Of a DNA stretch of 64,000 nt, positions 44,393-52,593 are shown piece after piece. The notes beneath the pieces are model-generated. The model made no database searches, was not told the DNA's origin, and saw only the letters and a program-made list of their open reading frames with translations. The position numbers were made by a program, and so were the translations under genes. Source of the stretch: Flavobacteriales bacterium (GTDB lineage Bacteria > Bacteroidota > Bacteroidia > Flavobacteriales_D > Sanyastnellaceae). Position 1 is the stretch's first letter. Every line of letters starts with the position of its first letter. The stretch covers positions 8,331 through 72,330 of the forward strand of contig JAYTOA010000182.1 in the NCBI GenBank assembly GCA_043748015.1, read 5' to 3'.

Positions 44393-44953
44393 CTATAGTT
44401 TTTTCTTGCGTCTTAATGCGATGATGCGCGTGTTTTCTGCTGTCAATCGCTGAATGCGTGTCTTCGTGTATTTCTGCCAGGCGGGCGTGTAGAGTTCTTG
44501 CTGTGATTGAAGAAGGGTGATCAGTTCATTTTTCAATTCGGGAAATTGTTTGGCGGCTTTTTCGAGAATGCCTGCACAGTAATATTTTACACCAACGTCT
44601 GATTTTGGTTCCGACAATAATCGAAAACTAATGTCGATGAATTGACCCTGCTGATCATTTTTCAAAGGAATTTCATAAAGTGTTTTGAGCAATTCTCGTT
44701 GAACGCCACCTATGGTTGCACTTTGTAAAAGCTTGATAATTTTCGTTGCGTTTTTCGAAGCGAATGTCGGATTGACTTCTGAAACCGTGCTCAAAATCCA
44801 CGACGCTTTCATGGCAGGTGTTGTTTCTCCCTTCTCAATTAACTTGAGTAAATGGAGATACAGACTGTGGTCGAGTCCCACTTCTGTAGCTAGTTTGAGC
44901 ACTACAGTTTTGTTGAGTCCCTTTACCAGAAAAACTGAAATATCTTTTGCCAT
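44393..44953 (-). CDS. Hypothetical helical-repeat protein
   Basis: This is a clean 186-aa ORF. I recognise no family with confidence. Confidence 0.5.
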   Translation of the reverse strand: MAKDISVFLVKGLNKTVVLKLATEVGLDHSLYLHLLKLIEKGETTPAMKASWILSTVSEVNPTFASKNATKIIKLLQSATIGGVQRELLKTLYEIPLKNDQQGQFIDISFRLLSEPKSDVGVKYYCAGILEKAAKQFPELKNELITLLQSQQELYTPAWQKYTKTRIQRLTAENTRIIALRRKKKL

Positions 44954-44968
44954 GGTCGAATAAGGTAC

Positions 44969-44994
44969 AAAAAAAGCGGCATTTGCAGCCGCTT
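44969..44994 (-). terminator. Rho-independent terminator after the thioredoxin-fold gene
   Basis: On the minus strand AAAGCGGC-UGCAAAU-GCCGCUUU is followed by UUUUU. Confidence 0.55.
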
Positions 44995-45011
44995 TTCAGT
45001 GTGAAAAAATT

Positions 45012-46601
45012 CTATTTCTTGGGAGAACCACCGGGAGTGCCCTGCGGTTTTTGATTCATGTTTTTTCCGCCGGGACCAGGATGGTCTTCATCTTCGTACT
45101 CATGTTCCTTCATGATGCCAATGCTGCCATCACCCGCTTCAATTTTTTCAAGGAGTTCACCAAGTTGTTCCGCTCCTAATGATTTTGCAATCACTTTGTG
45201 ATCCTTGTCCATCAAGTAAACTTTCGGTGTACTGGTCACATCCCAGTATTGATGAAAATTCAAACTTTCAAGCGTAGTAATACCGCCATAGATCAATTTG
45301 GTTGCAGAATCCTGATTCATGACTCCCGATGTTCGTGAAACATTGGTGAATTCTATTTTTTCCTCTTCAAGAAACTTCTTCCATTTGTCTATTTCGAGAT
45401 TGTTGTGCACAGCATAAATTTCAAGTCCCTTTCCCTTCCACTCCTTGTACAACTCATTCAACTTCGGCAACTCTTTTTTACAATGGCCGCAGGTAGCTTC
45501 CCAAATGACCAGCAACGTATACTTTGATTTCAGATCATACATCGACTTCCATACGCCATTCGAATCGGGGAGAATGATATTGTAACCGACTTCTCCGCAA
45601 AGGCAATGACGCTTTTTGTCTGCCGCCTCTTTCATTTCCTTGATCTTATCATCTTTCACCCATGGACACAATCCCTTCGCATAATAATTATCTACCATAT
45701 AAACAAAGCCGGCATCCATACACATGATCTTCGATGTTTCAAAATTGTAGGTGAATTGATGAACAACATATTTGAATCCGTCTTCATTGCCGGCCATTTC
45801 ATCAAGCAGCAATTTCGCCTGATATGTCATGGTGTCAGGAATTTGCGGAAGCGTGACTGTTACATAACGTTCAATCAATTTATGAAACGCTTGATCACGA
45901 ACCAATCGAGGATCTTTCAAATCGAAATTGTCCCAATAATGCGCACGGTAGTAATAGTAAGACCATCTTTTTTTCGCGTCATCCGTTGAGTCTGCAGGAG
46001 CTTCAGGAATATCAACGTCCATCGACATTTTGATCATCTTATTCACCAGCAACGTAGGATTTTTGGAAATCATCAGCTTCTGATATGCGATTACCTCGTT
46101 GTTCATTTTGATGAGCTGCTGACGAAAAGGTTCTTTGTCGGCCTCGGACATTGTTGAATCTTTCAGTGCATTATCTATCGGTCCGCGACTCCGCATTTTT
46201 TCATTGATGAATCGGATGTATTCGTAAAAAATCTGGTTGTTCTTCGACTCCTTCACCTTAATGCCATCGATGCCACAATCCGCGGTGCAATCGATGACGA
46301 TGTTTTCTGTATCAACGATAATGTCGAAACGGTTAGTGCTAGGCATGACGATGGAATACTTTCCGCATTCATTGTATGGCTTTCCCTTGAAGGAATAATT
46401 GCCTTTACTATCGATACGTGTTGTGTCGTTGTAGTAAAGTTTGTTGCCGTAATAATTGGCGAGATAAACCACCGAATCTTTGAGTCCATCCACGTGACCA
46501 CTAATGGTGTATTTGATGGGTGCCTTTGTTTGAGATAAAGCGCGCATTGTCGAAAAAATGCACACCAATAAAATAAAAACGAATTTCAGATTTTTGTTCA
46601 T
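45012..46601 (-). CDS. TlpA-like thiol:disulfide oxidoreductase (thioredoxin fold) with a large N-terminal extension
   Basis: The ORF is trimmed to MNKNLKFVFILLVCIFSTMRALSQ. It has the CxxC site WEATCGHCKKELP and a low-complexity Gly/Pro/Lys tail. Confidence 0.75.
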   Translation of the reverse strand: MNKNLKFVFILLVCIFSTMRALSQTKAPIKYTISGHVDGLKDSVVYLANYYGNKLYYNDTTRIDSKGNYSFKGKPYNECGKYSIVMPSTNRFDIIVDTENIVIDCTADCGIDGIKVKESKNNQIFYEYIRFINEKMRSRGPIDNALKDSTMSEADKEPFRQQLIKMNNEVIAYQKLMISKNPTLLVNKMIKMSMDVDIPEAPADSTDDAKKRWSYYYYRAHYWDNFDLKDPRLVRDQAFHKLIERYVTVTLPQIPDTMTYQAKLLLDEMAGNEDGFKYVVHQFTYNFETSKIMCMDAGFVYMVDNYYAKGLCPWVKDDKIKEMKEAADKKRHCLCGEVGYNIILPDSNGVWKSMYDLKSKYTLLVIWEATCGHCKKELPKLNELYKEWKGKGLEIYAVHNNLEIDKWKKFLEEEKIEFTNVSRTSGVMNQDSATKLIYGGITTLESLNFHQYWDVTSTPKVYLMDKDHKVIAKSLGAEQLGELLEKIEAGDGSIGIMKEHEYEDEDHPGPGGKNMNQKPQGTPGGSPKK

Positions 46602-46902
46602 ACTACTCCTTTTGGAATTCCTACTTAGGACTTGCAACCTGCAACCGAGGTTGTGCTTAGCAAATAACTTTAACATTTCGTTGAAACTTGGTATGTGTTG
46701 AAAGATTTTTCAACGAGTAGACAATGATTGTTCCAAACGCCGGAAATCGCTTCTTATTCAGAGATTGACTGTTCTTGTGTAACTCGTTAAATTGATCGAT
46801 TGCAGAAAGTTCATAGTTCATAGTTCCTGGCTGAGGGCAACGATTGAACATTCTTGTAACGGTGAGAACATTTGTTCACTCTAATTCTTTCGAAGATTCC
46901 GG

Positions 46903-47511
46903 TTACGAAAGCAAGTCAAGGAATTCCTGTTGGAGGTTTTGTTGTTTGTCGCGAGCGTACCAGAGGTGGAGTTTTTCTTTTACGGCTGTTGCATCTAAGC
47001 CTTCCTGCTTCGCTGCTTCCATAGCTTCAAAAGCACCTGCAGGGCGTGGACCCCACTGCCACAAAATGTTCTTTGCAGCATCAAAACAGATTACTTTAGG
47101 GATGCTTTTTTTACCATTGGTTAGAAATTGCTGCATGATCGCATCATTGTCATCACGAAGGAGATATTTCGTTTTGATCAAACCGTTGTAGCTGCTGATT
47201 TTTTCAACTGCAGGCAAATTTTGAGCTGAATCTCCACACCAACCTTCAGTGATGATGAGCCAGGTTTGTTTCGTAGAAATTTTCTTCACAGCTTCAATTA
47301 ACTCTTCGGTTGGTTCGAAATGTTTGTCCCACCGATTCATCCGCTGAATGTTCATTTGGGTGTATGGCAAATATGTTTCCTTCTGTTCATGACCTGTAAC
47401 AATGTTCCTCTCGTACAGCTCATCGATCAGAGATCTGTATTCAACATAATTCATGGAAGATTCCAAAGTGGCATCTGAGATATCGATTTGTGTTTTCAAT
47501 TTTTCTGTCAT
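46903..47511 (-). CDS. Thioredoxin-like family protein
   Basis: The 202-aa ORF contains LIITEGWCGDSAQNLP, a thioredoxin-fold motif with a single Cys-Gly-Asp variant. Confidence 0.7.
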   Translation of the reverse strand: MTEKLKTQIDISDATLESSMNYVEYRSLIDELYERNIVTGHEQKETYLPYTQMNIQRMNRWDKHFEPTEELIEAVKKISTKQTWLIITEGWCGDSAQNLPAVEKISSYNGLIKTKYLLRDDNDAIMQQFLTNGKKSIPKVICFDAAKNILWQWGPRPAGAFEAMEAAKQEGLDATAVKEKLHLWYARDKQQNLQQEFLDLLS

Positions 47512-47628
47512 GGAAATAATTTTTCGTCCCGCAAATAGACAAATGTTTTTGAACGAACAAGGTGATACAAATCACCTTTTACAACTCAATCAATCAATTT
47601 CATGAATAATTTCACGGCATAGAATTCA

Positions 47629-48453
47629 ATGATGCTTTTTACAACCAACCTAAGGAAAATGCGCGCCAGTCTTGATGATCAGGGTGTGGCACAATATGAA
47701 CTACCACTTTTCGACGTGATTGAACAGAAGGGGAACTTTTTGATGAATCCATTGATTGGTGAAAAAATCACCATCCATTTCAACCAGGAAATTCATTGCA
47801 TTGAAACAGGAAAGAAAATCAAGAAGACTTTTGGTGAAGGGATGAGCTATGAAGCCTGGTTGAAATCTCCTGCTGCATCCCCAAGTATCATTCGCCCCGA
47901 ATTGAGTCGCATACATGAAGGCATTGCATTGCGAGACATGGAATGGGAAGAAGCGCATCACAATCAGCCGCACTATGTATATATCTCGAGGACCAGCGGT
48001 GTAAAAGTTGGTGTAACACGTGCGACCAACAAAATTTCGCGATGGATAGATCAAGGCGCTAGCGAAGGAATTCTGCTTGCAGAAACACCTTACCGTCAGC
48101 TTGCAGGTTTGATTGAAGTCGCATTGAAAGATCACATGTCGGACAAAACCTCCTGGCAAGCGATGTTGAAGAATGAGCGGTCATCAGATGAACCACTTCT
48201 CGCGGTGAAAAACAGGTCGCTCGATTTGCTACCCGCTGAGTTTGAGACATTTTTCTCTGATGATGACACTGTAACGACAATAAAATTCCCGGTGCTTCAA
48301 TACCCACTGAAGGTGAAGTCATTGAAGCTGGACAACATCACCGGTTTCAAAGGTGAATTGTGCGGTATCAAAGGCCAATACCTCATTTTTCGGGATGGCA
48401 CCGTGATGAATATCCGATCACATTCCGGATATAGGATAAGCATTGAAGCCTAA
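47629..48453 (+). CDS. Conserved hypothetical protein (possibly DUF2797)
   Basis: This is a clean 274-aa ORF. The family label is from memory only (LRKM...YELPL pattern). Confidence 0.5.
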   Translation: MMLFTTNLRKMRASLDDQGVAQYELPLFDVIEQKGNFLMNPLIGEKITIHFNQEIHCIETGKKIKKTFGEGMSYEAWLKSPAASPSIIRPELSRIHEGIALRDMEWEEAHHNQPHYVYISRTSGVKVGVTRATNKISRWIDQGASEGILLAETPYRQLAGLIEVALKDHMSDKTSWQAMLKNERSSDEPLLAVKNRSLDLLPAEFETFFSDDDTVTTIKFPVLQYPLKVKSLKLDNITGFKGELCGIKGQYLIFRDGTVMNIRSHSGYRISIEA

Positions 48454-48615
48454 ATCCACATTCTTTTTTTTGCCACTTGAGTACTTATTCATCAGAATAT
48501 GAATACATTTGACCCGACTTCACTGTTTTCAACATTTAGTTTTCTGTGTTTCATAGTCAATGTTTGTTGAAGTCCGTAGTTGTCATAATTAATATCAACA
48601 AACAGTTTTTATCAA

Positions 48616-49014
48616 ATGAACATTTTTGTTTCAGGGCTGAATTACAGCATGTCGAGCGAGGAGCTCACCGAAGTTTTTACTCAATTCGGCACCGTAGCAT
48701 CTGCTAAGGTGGTGACTGACCGCGCAACTGGTCGCTCACGTGGTTTTGGTTTTGTAGAAATGCCACAGGAAGACGAAGGTCGCGCAGCAATTGCGCAGTT
48801 AGACCAGACGGACGTAAACGGCAGAAAAATTAACGTAAAAGAAGCAGAAGATCGTCCAGCTCGCACTGGCGGCGGAAGCGATCGTCCACGCGGCAACTTC
48901 GGTAGCGGTGGTGGCGGTGGTGGTCGCAGAGAAGGTGGTTTTAAGCCACGCTTCAACCGTGACGGCGACGGCGGTAATGGTGGTGGTGGTTACGACAGAG
49001 GTAATCGCTACTAA
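48616..49014 (+). CDS. RRM-type RNA-binding protein with a Gly/Arg-rich tail
   Basis: It has RNP-2 NIFVSGL and RNP-1 RGFGFVEM. The C-terminus contains GGGGGGRREGG...GGNGGGGYDRGNRY. Confidence 0.85.
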   Translation: MNIFVSGLNYSMSSEELTEVFTQFGTVASAKVVTDRATGRSRGFGFVEMPQEDEGRAAIAQLDQTDVNGRKINVKEAEDRPARTGGGSDRPRGNFGSGGGGGGRREGGFKPRFNRDGDGGNGGGGYDRGNRY

Positions 49015-49041
49015 GATCTTCATTGTAAGATACTTTCAAAA

Positions 49042-49068
49042 AAGGCCTTCTTCGGAAGGCCTTTTTTA
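49042..49068 (+). terminator. Rho-independent terminator of the RRM gene
   Basis: AAGGCCTTC-TTCG-GAAGGCCTT is followed by TTTTTATT. Confidence 0.7.
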
Positions 49069-49370
49069 TTTGATTATTTGTTTGTTGTTTTCCGTTATTG
49101 ATGGTTGGGGAAATTGCGAAGCGTATGCTGTCTCTTGAATTTTGTTTGTTGTTATTTGAACATACTCCCTCTTCGACGTGATTCGCTTATGACCATCATG
49201 ATGGCACTCAATCGGGTTCGTCCATATCTCATTATCCAGTTTCTATATGCACTTCACGGAGAAACTTTTTGTTCCAATTTCTATGCATATATATGCTCCT
49301 CAGCGAATCTACGCGACCAAAAATCTTTAGAGCGTATTCCACGCTCAAATCGCAAATCAAAAATCACAAA

Positions 49371-49397
49371 TAAAAAAAGCCTGACTCTCGTCAGACT
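49371..49397 (-). terminator. Rho-independent terminator after the CAT tRNA
   Basis: On the minus strand AGUCUGAC-GAGA-GUCAGGCU forms an 8-bp stem followed by UUUUUUU. Confidence 0.55.
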
Positions 49398-49413
49398 TCC
49401 TTCATCTTTTTTG

Positions 49414-49487
49414 TAGCGGGAGGGGGGCACGATCCCCCGACCTTGCGATTATGAATCGCACGCTCTAACCAGCTGAGCTACCCCGCC
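49414..49487 (-). tRNA. tRNA with anticodon CAT (elongator Met, or Ile2 if lysidine-modified)
   Basis: The reverse complement is GGCGGGG-TA-GCTC-AGCTGGTTA-GAGC-G-TGCGA-TTCATAA-TCGCA-AGGTC-GGGGG-ATCGTGC-CCCCC-TCCCGCT-A. The cloverleaf is 74 nt. There are no three G-C pairs at the anticodon-stem base, so it is not an initiator. No CCA is encoded. Confidence 0.8.
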
Positions 49488-49495
49488 AAAAAATT

Positions 49496-49510
49496 GCGGG
49501 CGCAAATATA
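49496..49510 (-). promoter_or_regulatory. -7 box TATATTTG plus CGCCCGC upstream of the CAT tRNA
   Basis: The minus strand reads TATATTTGCGCCCGC, 8 nt before the tRNA 5' end. It is identical to 12958-12972. Confidence 0.45.
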
Positions 49511-49605
49511 GTCATCATCATCAACTGTCATAAATAAAGGAAAAATTCTTCTCATTTAGCAATAAAAAAGGGTTATCCTTGCAACTAGTAACCTAGACAA
49601 ATCCT

Positions 49606-49989
49606 ATGACTAAGACAAAAATCGAACTGGAATATCTCATTCGTACATCGGATACGATTCTTTATAACTGTATGTCGACGCCAAGCGGACTTGAAGAATG
49701 GTTTGCCCCTGAAGTTCACATCCGAGGTGATGTATTTACATTCTTGTGGGAAGGTGAAGAACAAAGTGCTCAACTTGTTTCCAAGAAAAAAGAGCAGTAT
49801 GTCAAATACCAATGGGTTGAAGACAACGACAGCGATTCCAATTACTTTGAGCTACGCATCAAGATCGATGAGATGACTGGAGAACTTGCATTGCTGGTTA
49901 CCGATTTCGCCGAAGATGGCGAAGAAGAAAATCAACGGATGACCTGGGATGAAGCAGTTGAGGAATTGAAAAGGCACATTGGAGGTTAA
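49606..49989 (+). CDS. START/SRPBCC-like (AHSA1-type) small protein
   Basis: This is a clean 127-aa ORF. The family assignment is from memory of the pattern (LYNCMSTPSGLEEWFA) and has moderate support. Confidence 0.55.
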   Translation: MTKTKIELEYLIRTSDTILYNCMSTPSGLEEWFAPEVHIRGDVFTFLWEGEEQSAQLVSKKKEQYVKYQWVEDNDSDSNYFELRIKIDEMTGELALLVTDFAEDGEEENQRMTWDEAVEELKRHIGG

Positions 49990-50109
49990 GCAGGAAATTT
50001 CTCTCAACTATTTTCTCTGCTTCTATTCTTGTTTTGACGCGCTAGGAAATATCAATCGTAAGTCTGCTCAATCGTTTTTATCTCCTCCTTCTAACTATCT
50101 TCATTTTTC

Positions 50110-50350
50110 TCACTCTTTGATCAATTTCCAAACATCGACAGGATTGTCGCTTGACATCACCACGTAGATTCCCGGACTGAGCTGAGAAATGTCCAGTATT
50201 CCATTGATTCCCAAAACACTTTGTGTTACGCACAACTTGCCAGTCAATTCGTAGATCTCAATGGATGAAATTCGATTGGTAGAATGAAGAAAATTCCTTC
50301 CGACCTCGGATTTGGCCATGCGCGCAGGTTTGTAGAGTTCACTTCTTCAA
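50110..50350 (-). pseudogene. Orphan, frameshifted relic of a T9SS type A C-terminal sorting domain
   Basis: The 69-aa ORF ends ...IEIYELTGKLCVTQSVLGINGILDISQLSPGIYVVMSSDNPVDVWKLIKE, a typical Por secretion tail. The expected WPNP start of the domain lies in a different frame just upstream. Stops occur in all frames further upstream, so no cargo domain remains. Confidence 0.55.
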
Positions 50351-50584
50351 GTATTGCTAAAGCGGTCAATTCATGCTTGTACAAATAAATAGAAGATACT
50401 TCAGCATACGTCCTGACAGGTTTGCTTATCGTGATATGATGAGCTACACAATTTTAATGCTATAGCTGATTTTCACTATACCATTCATGGAATGATGATA
50501 ACGAAGAAGAAGAATAGATTCACAATGAAACCATAGAAGTGTTACATCTTAGAAAACAGGATCAATTCATTGTGAAAAACAATT

Positions 50585-51304
50585 TCACCACTTCATATAA
50601 AACTCTTTCGTGAGTTGCTTGTAAGCCTCAGAAAATTCACCGGGATTTTTTTCTATCAGAATCGACTCCATCAATGGCTCTCCCGGTTCAGCAAATTCAA
50701 ATTCAATCATAACGCGCGTAGCATCTTTGTAGGCCAGCGTAAAGACGTGACAAATTCTTTCGGCGTGCATTCCTGTTTTCGCTGCTTCCTCAACCCAACG
50801 CTCCAATTGATTGACCGGAAGTATGAGTGTGACCATTCCTTTCGGTGTAAGAAGTGATTTGGCTTGCCGTAAAAAAGCATCTGCCGGCAGCGAGTCGTCG
50901 TGTCGTGCGGTATTTCTACTTGGATCGTTGCCCCGCAACGATTGCGAGAAATAGGGTGGATTGGAAATGATCAGATCAAATTTTTCCTTAGAGACAATTT
51001 TCAAAAAATCACCCTGATGCATCTTTAGCCTTTGTTTCCATGGAGAATTCTCGAAGTTGGTACGCGCATCCTCAGCGCTGCCTTCATGGATTTCAATCGC
51101 TTCTACAAATGCATTGGTATTTTTCTGAGCACACATCAATGCGATTACGCCTGTGCCGGTCCCAACATCTAAAATGTGTGAAGCACCAATGGTATCTGCC
51201 CATGAGGCTAAAAGCACAGCATCGGTGCCAACACGCATAGCACTGCGTCCTTGTTGAATTTCGAATTGCTTGAATCGGAAAGGTTTGTCTAAACTATTCG
51301 ACAT
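50585..51304 (-). CDS. tRNA (adenine-N6)-methyltransferase, YfiC/TrmN6-like
   Basis: It contains FRFKQFEIQQ, SAM motif I (ILDVGTGTGVIALM) and the catalytic IISNPPYF. Confidence 0.75.
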   Translation of the reverse strand: MSNSLDKPFRFKQFEIQQGRSAMRVGTDAVLLASWADTIGASHILDVGTGTGVIALMCAQKNTNAFVEAIEIHEGSAEDARTNFENSPWKQRLKMHQGDFLKIVSKEKFDLIISNPPYFSQSLRGNDPSRNTARHDDSLPADAFLRQAKSLLTPKGMVTLILPVNQLERWVEEAAKTGMHAERICHVFTLAYKDATRVMIEFEFAEPGEPLMESILIEKNPGEFSEAYKQLTKEFYMKW

Positions 51305-51370
51305 AAAATCGCGTGAAGTCTATGGCTAACATAGTGAATTTACATGGTAAGGCAGCAGACCATAACAAAA

Positions 51371-51970
51371 TCATTTACCCAATTCATTCCACGTCTTGTA
51401 ATCCCCACTTTGAATTTTTCTCCCCGGCTCCATCTCACGCAATGGCTCACAAGGCCGTAGTGTTTGACTACAATCTTCAGGCAATCTTTGATAAATTCCA
51501 GTCCCCTCGGATTTCCAAACTATCATTTCATCACTCACTTGCTTAACCACTTTACCCGGATTTCCTGCGAAGACACTTCGAACGGGAATTATCGTATCGG
51601 CCGGGACAAAAGACAAAGCACCTATAATGCTCTCATCACCAACGTCAACTCGATCCATAACTACGGCATTCATTCCAACTAAACAATTACGACCTATCGT
51701 AGCTCCATGGATAATTGCGCCATGACCAATATGCGCATCCTCTTTTAGTAAAACTGTGACACCCGGAAACATGTGTATGGTGCAGTTCTCCTGAACATTG
51801 CATCCATCGGAAATGATGATCTGACCCCAGTCGCCACGTAGAGCAGCCCCCGGACCGATATACACTTTTTTACCGATGATCACATTGCCTGTCACAGTTG
51901 CATTGGGATGTACGAATGCCGACTCATGGATGACAGGTTTGTAACCGTTGAATTCAAAAATATTGGCCAT
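51371..51970 (-). CDS. Hexapeptide-repeat (gamma-carbonic-anhydrase/PaaY-like) protein
   Basis: It shows left-handed beta-helix repeats. The N-terminus YKPVIHESAFVHPNATVTGNVIIGKKVYIGPGAALRGDWG is PaaY-like. Confidence 0.75.
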   Translation of the reverse strand: MANIFEFNGYKPVIHESAFVHPNATVTGNVIIGKKVYIGPGAALRGDWGQIIISDGCNVQENCTIHMFPGVTVLLKEDAHIGHGAIIHGATIGRNCLVGMNAVVMDRVDVGDESIIGALSFVPADTIIPVRSVFAGNPGKVVKQVSDEMIVWKSEGTGIYQRLPEDCSQTLRPCEPLREMEPGRKIQSGDYKTWNELGK

Positions 51971-52590
51971 TATTTTTTGATGTTTTTGTCAGCGTGTTTC
52001 AATAGACGATCAATTGTCTGATCAACTCTTCGCAATCGTGTTTCTTCCTTTTTTGCATCTGTAATCCATATCACATACTCTTTCTGATGTGAAGACGACA
52101 TTCCTTCAAAACTCCTCTTGGCAATTTTGTTTTTATTCAGCGATTTCAAAAAATAATCAGGAATCTCCAATTGCCTTTTTGATCTGAGTGATTCAATTTT
52201 CAAATCACTGTGATCTATTTGTACAGCCTCTATGATGTATTCACGCAGTATATTCAGATCAACATCTTCAATAGAATAAAACTTGATGTGCCTTGCGGAA
52301 ACATTGCCCCCCGGGCCTTCAGAGAGTACCTTGTATGGATCACTCAAAAGTGCTCCTTTGAAAAAATGAATGGCCGCATGTTTCTTGAATGACCAGATCA
52401 TGCAAACCAAACCCCTGTGACTGAAATTAGGCGAAGACCATTTCCATTCTTCAACAAGTCCAATATTCAATTGCTGAATGAGCCTTCTTATTTGTGAAAG
52501 AATTGGTTGTGCAAATGGCTCCGCATTACCAATGTATTCATCTATTTTTTTTGAAACATCCAAATTGATAATTGACTTTTTCGCAGCCAT
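51970..52590 (-). CDS. DUF1801 / YdeI-OmpD-associated family protein
   Basis: This is a clean 206-aa ORF. The family label is from memory of the domain pattern (C-terminal EYVIWITDAKKEETRLRR). Confidence 0.55.
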   Translation of the reverse strand: MAAKKSIINLDVSKKIDEYIGNAEPFAQPILSQIRRLIQQLNIGLVEEWKWSSPNFSHRGLVCMIWSFKKHAAIHFFKGALLSDPYKVLSEGPGGNVSARHIKFYSIEDVDLNILREYIIEAVQIDHSDLKIESLRSKRQLEIPDYFLKSLNKNKIAKRSFEGMSSSHQKEYVIWITDAKKEETRLRRVDQTIDRLLKHADKNIKK

Positions 52591-52593
52591 ATT

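Noticed and set aside
49105-49416. A track ORF of 103 aa on the plus strand.
   Set aside because: It crosses the tRNA terminator and ends within the tRNA 3' terminus (49414-49416). It has no recognisable motif and an unlikely composition.
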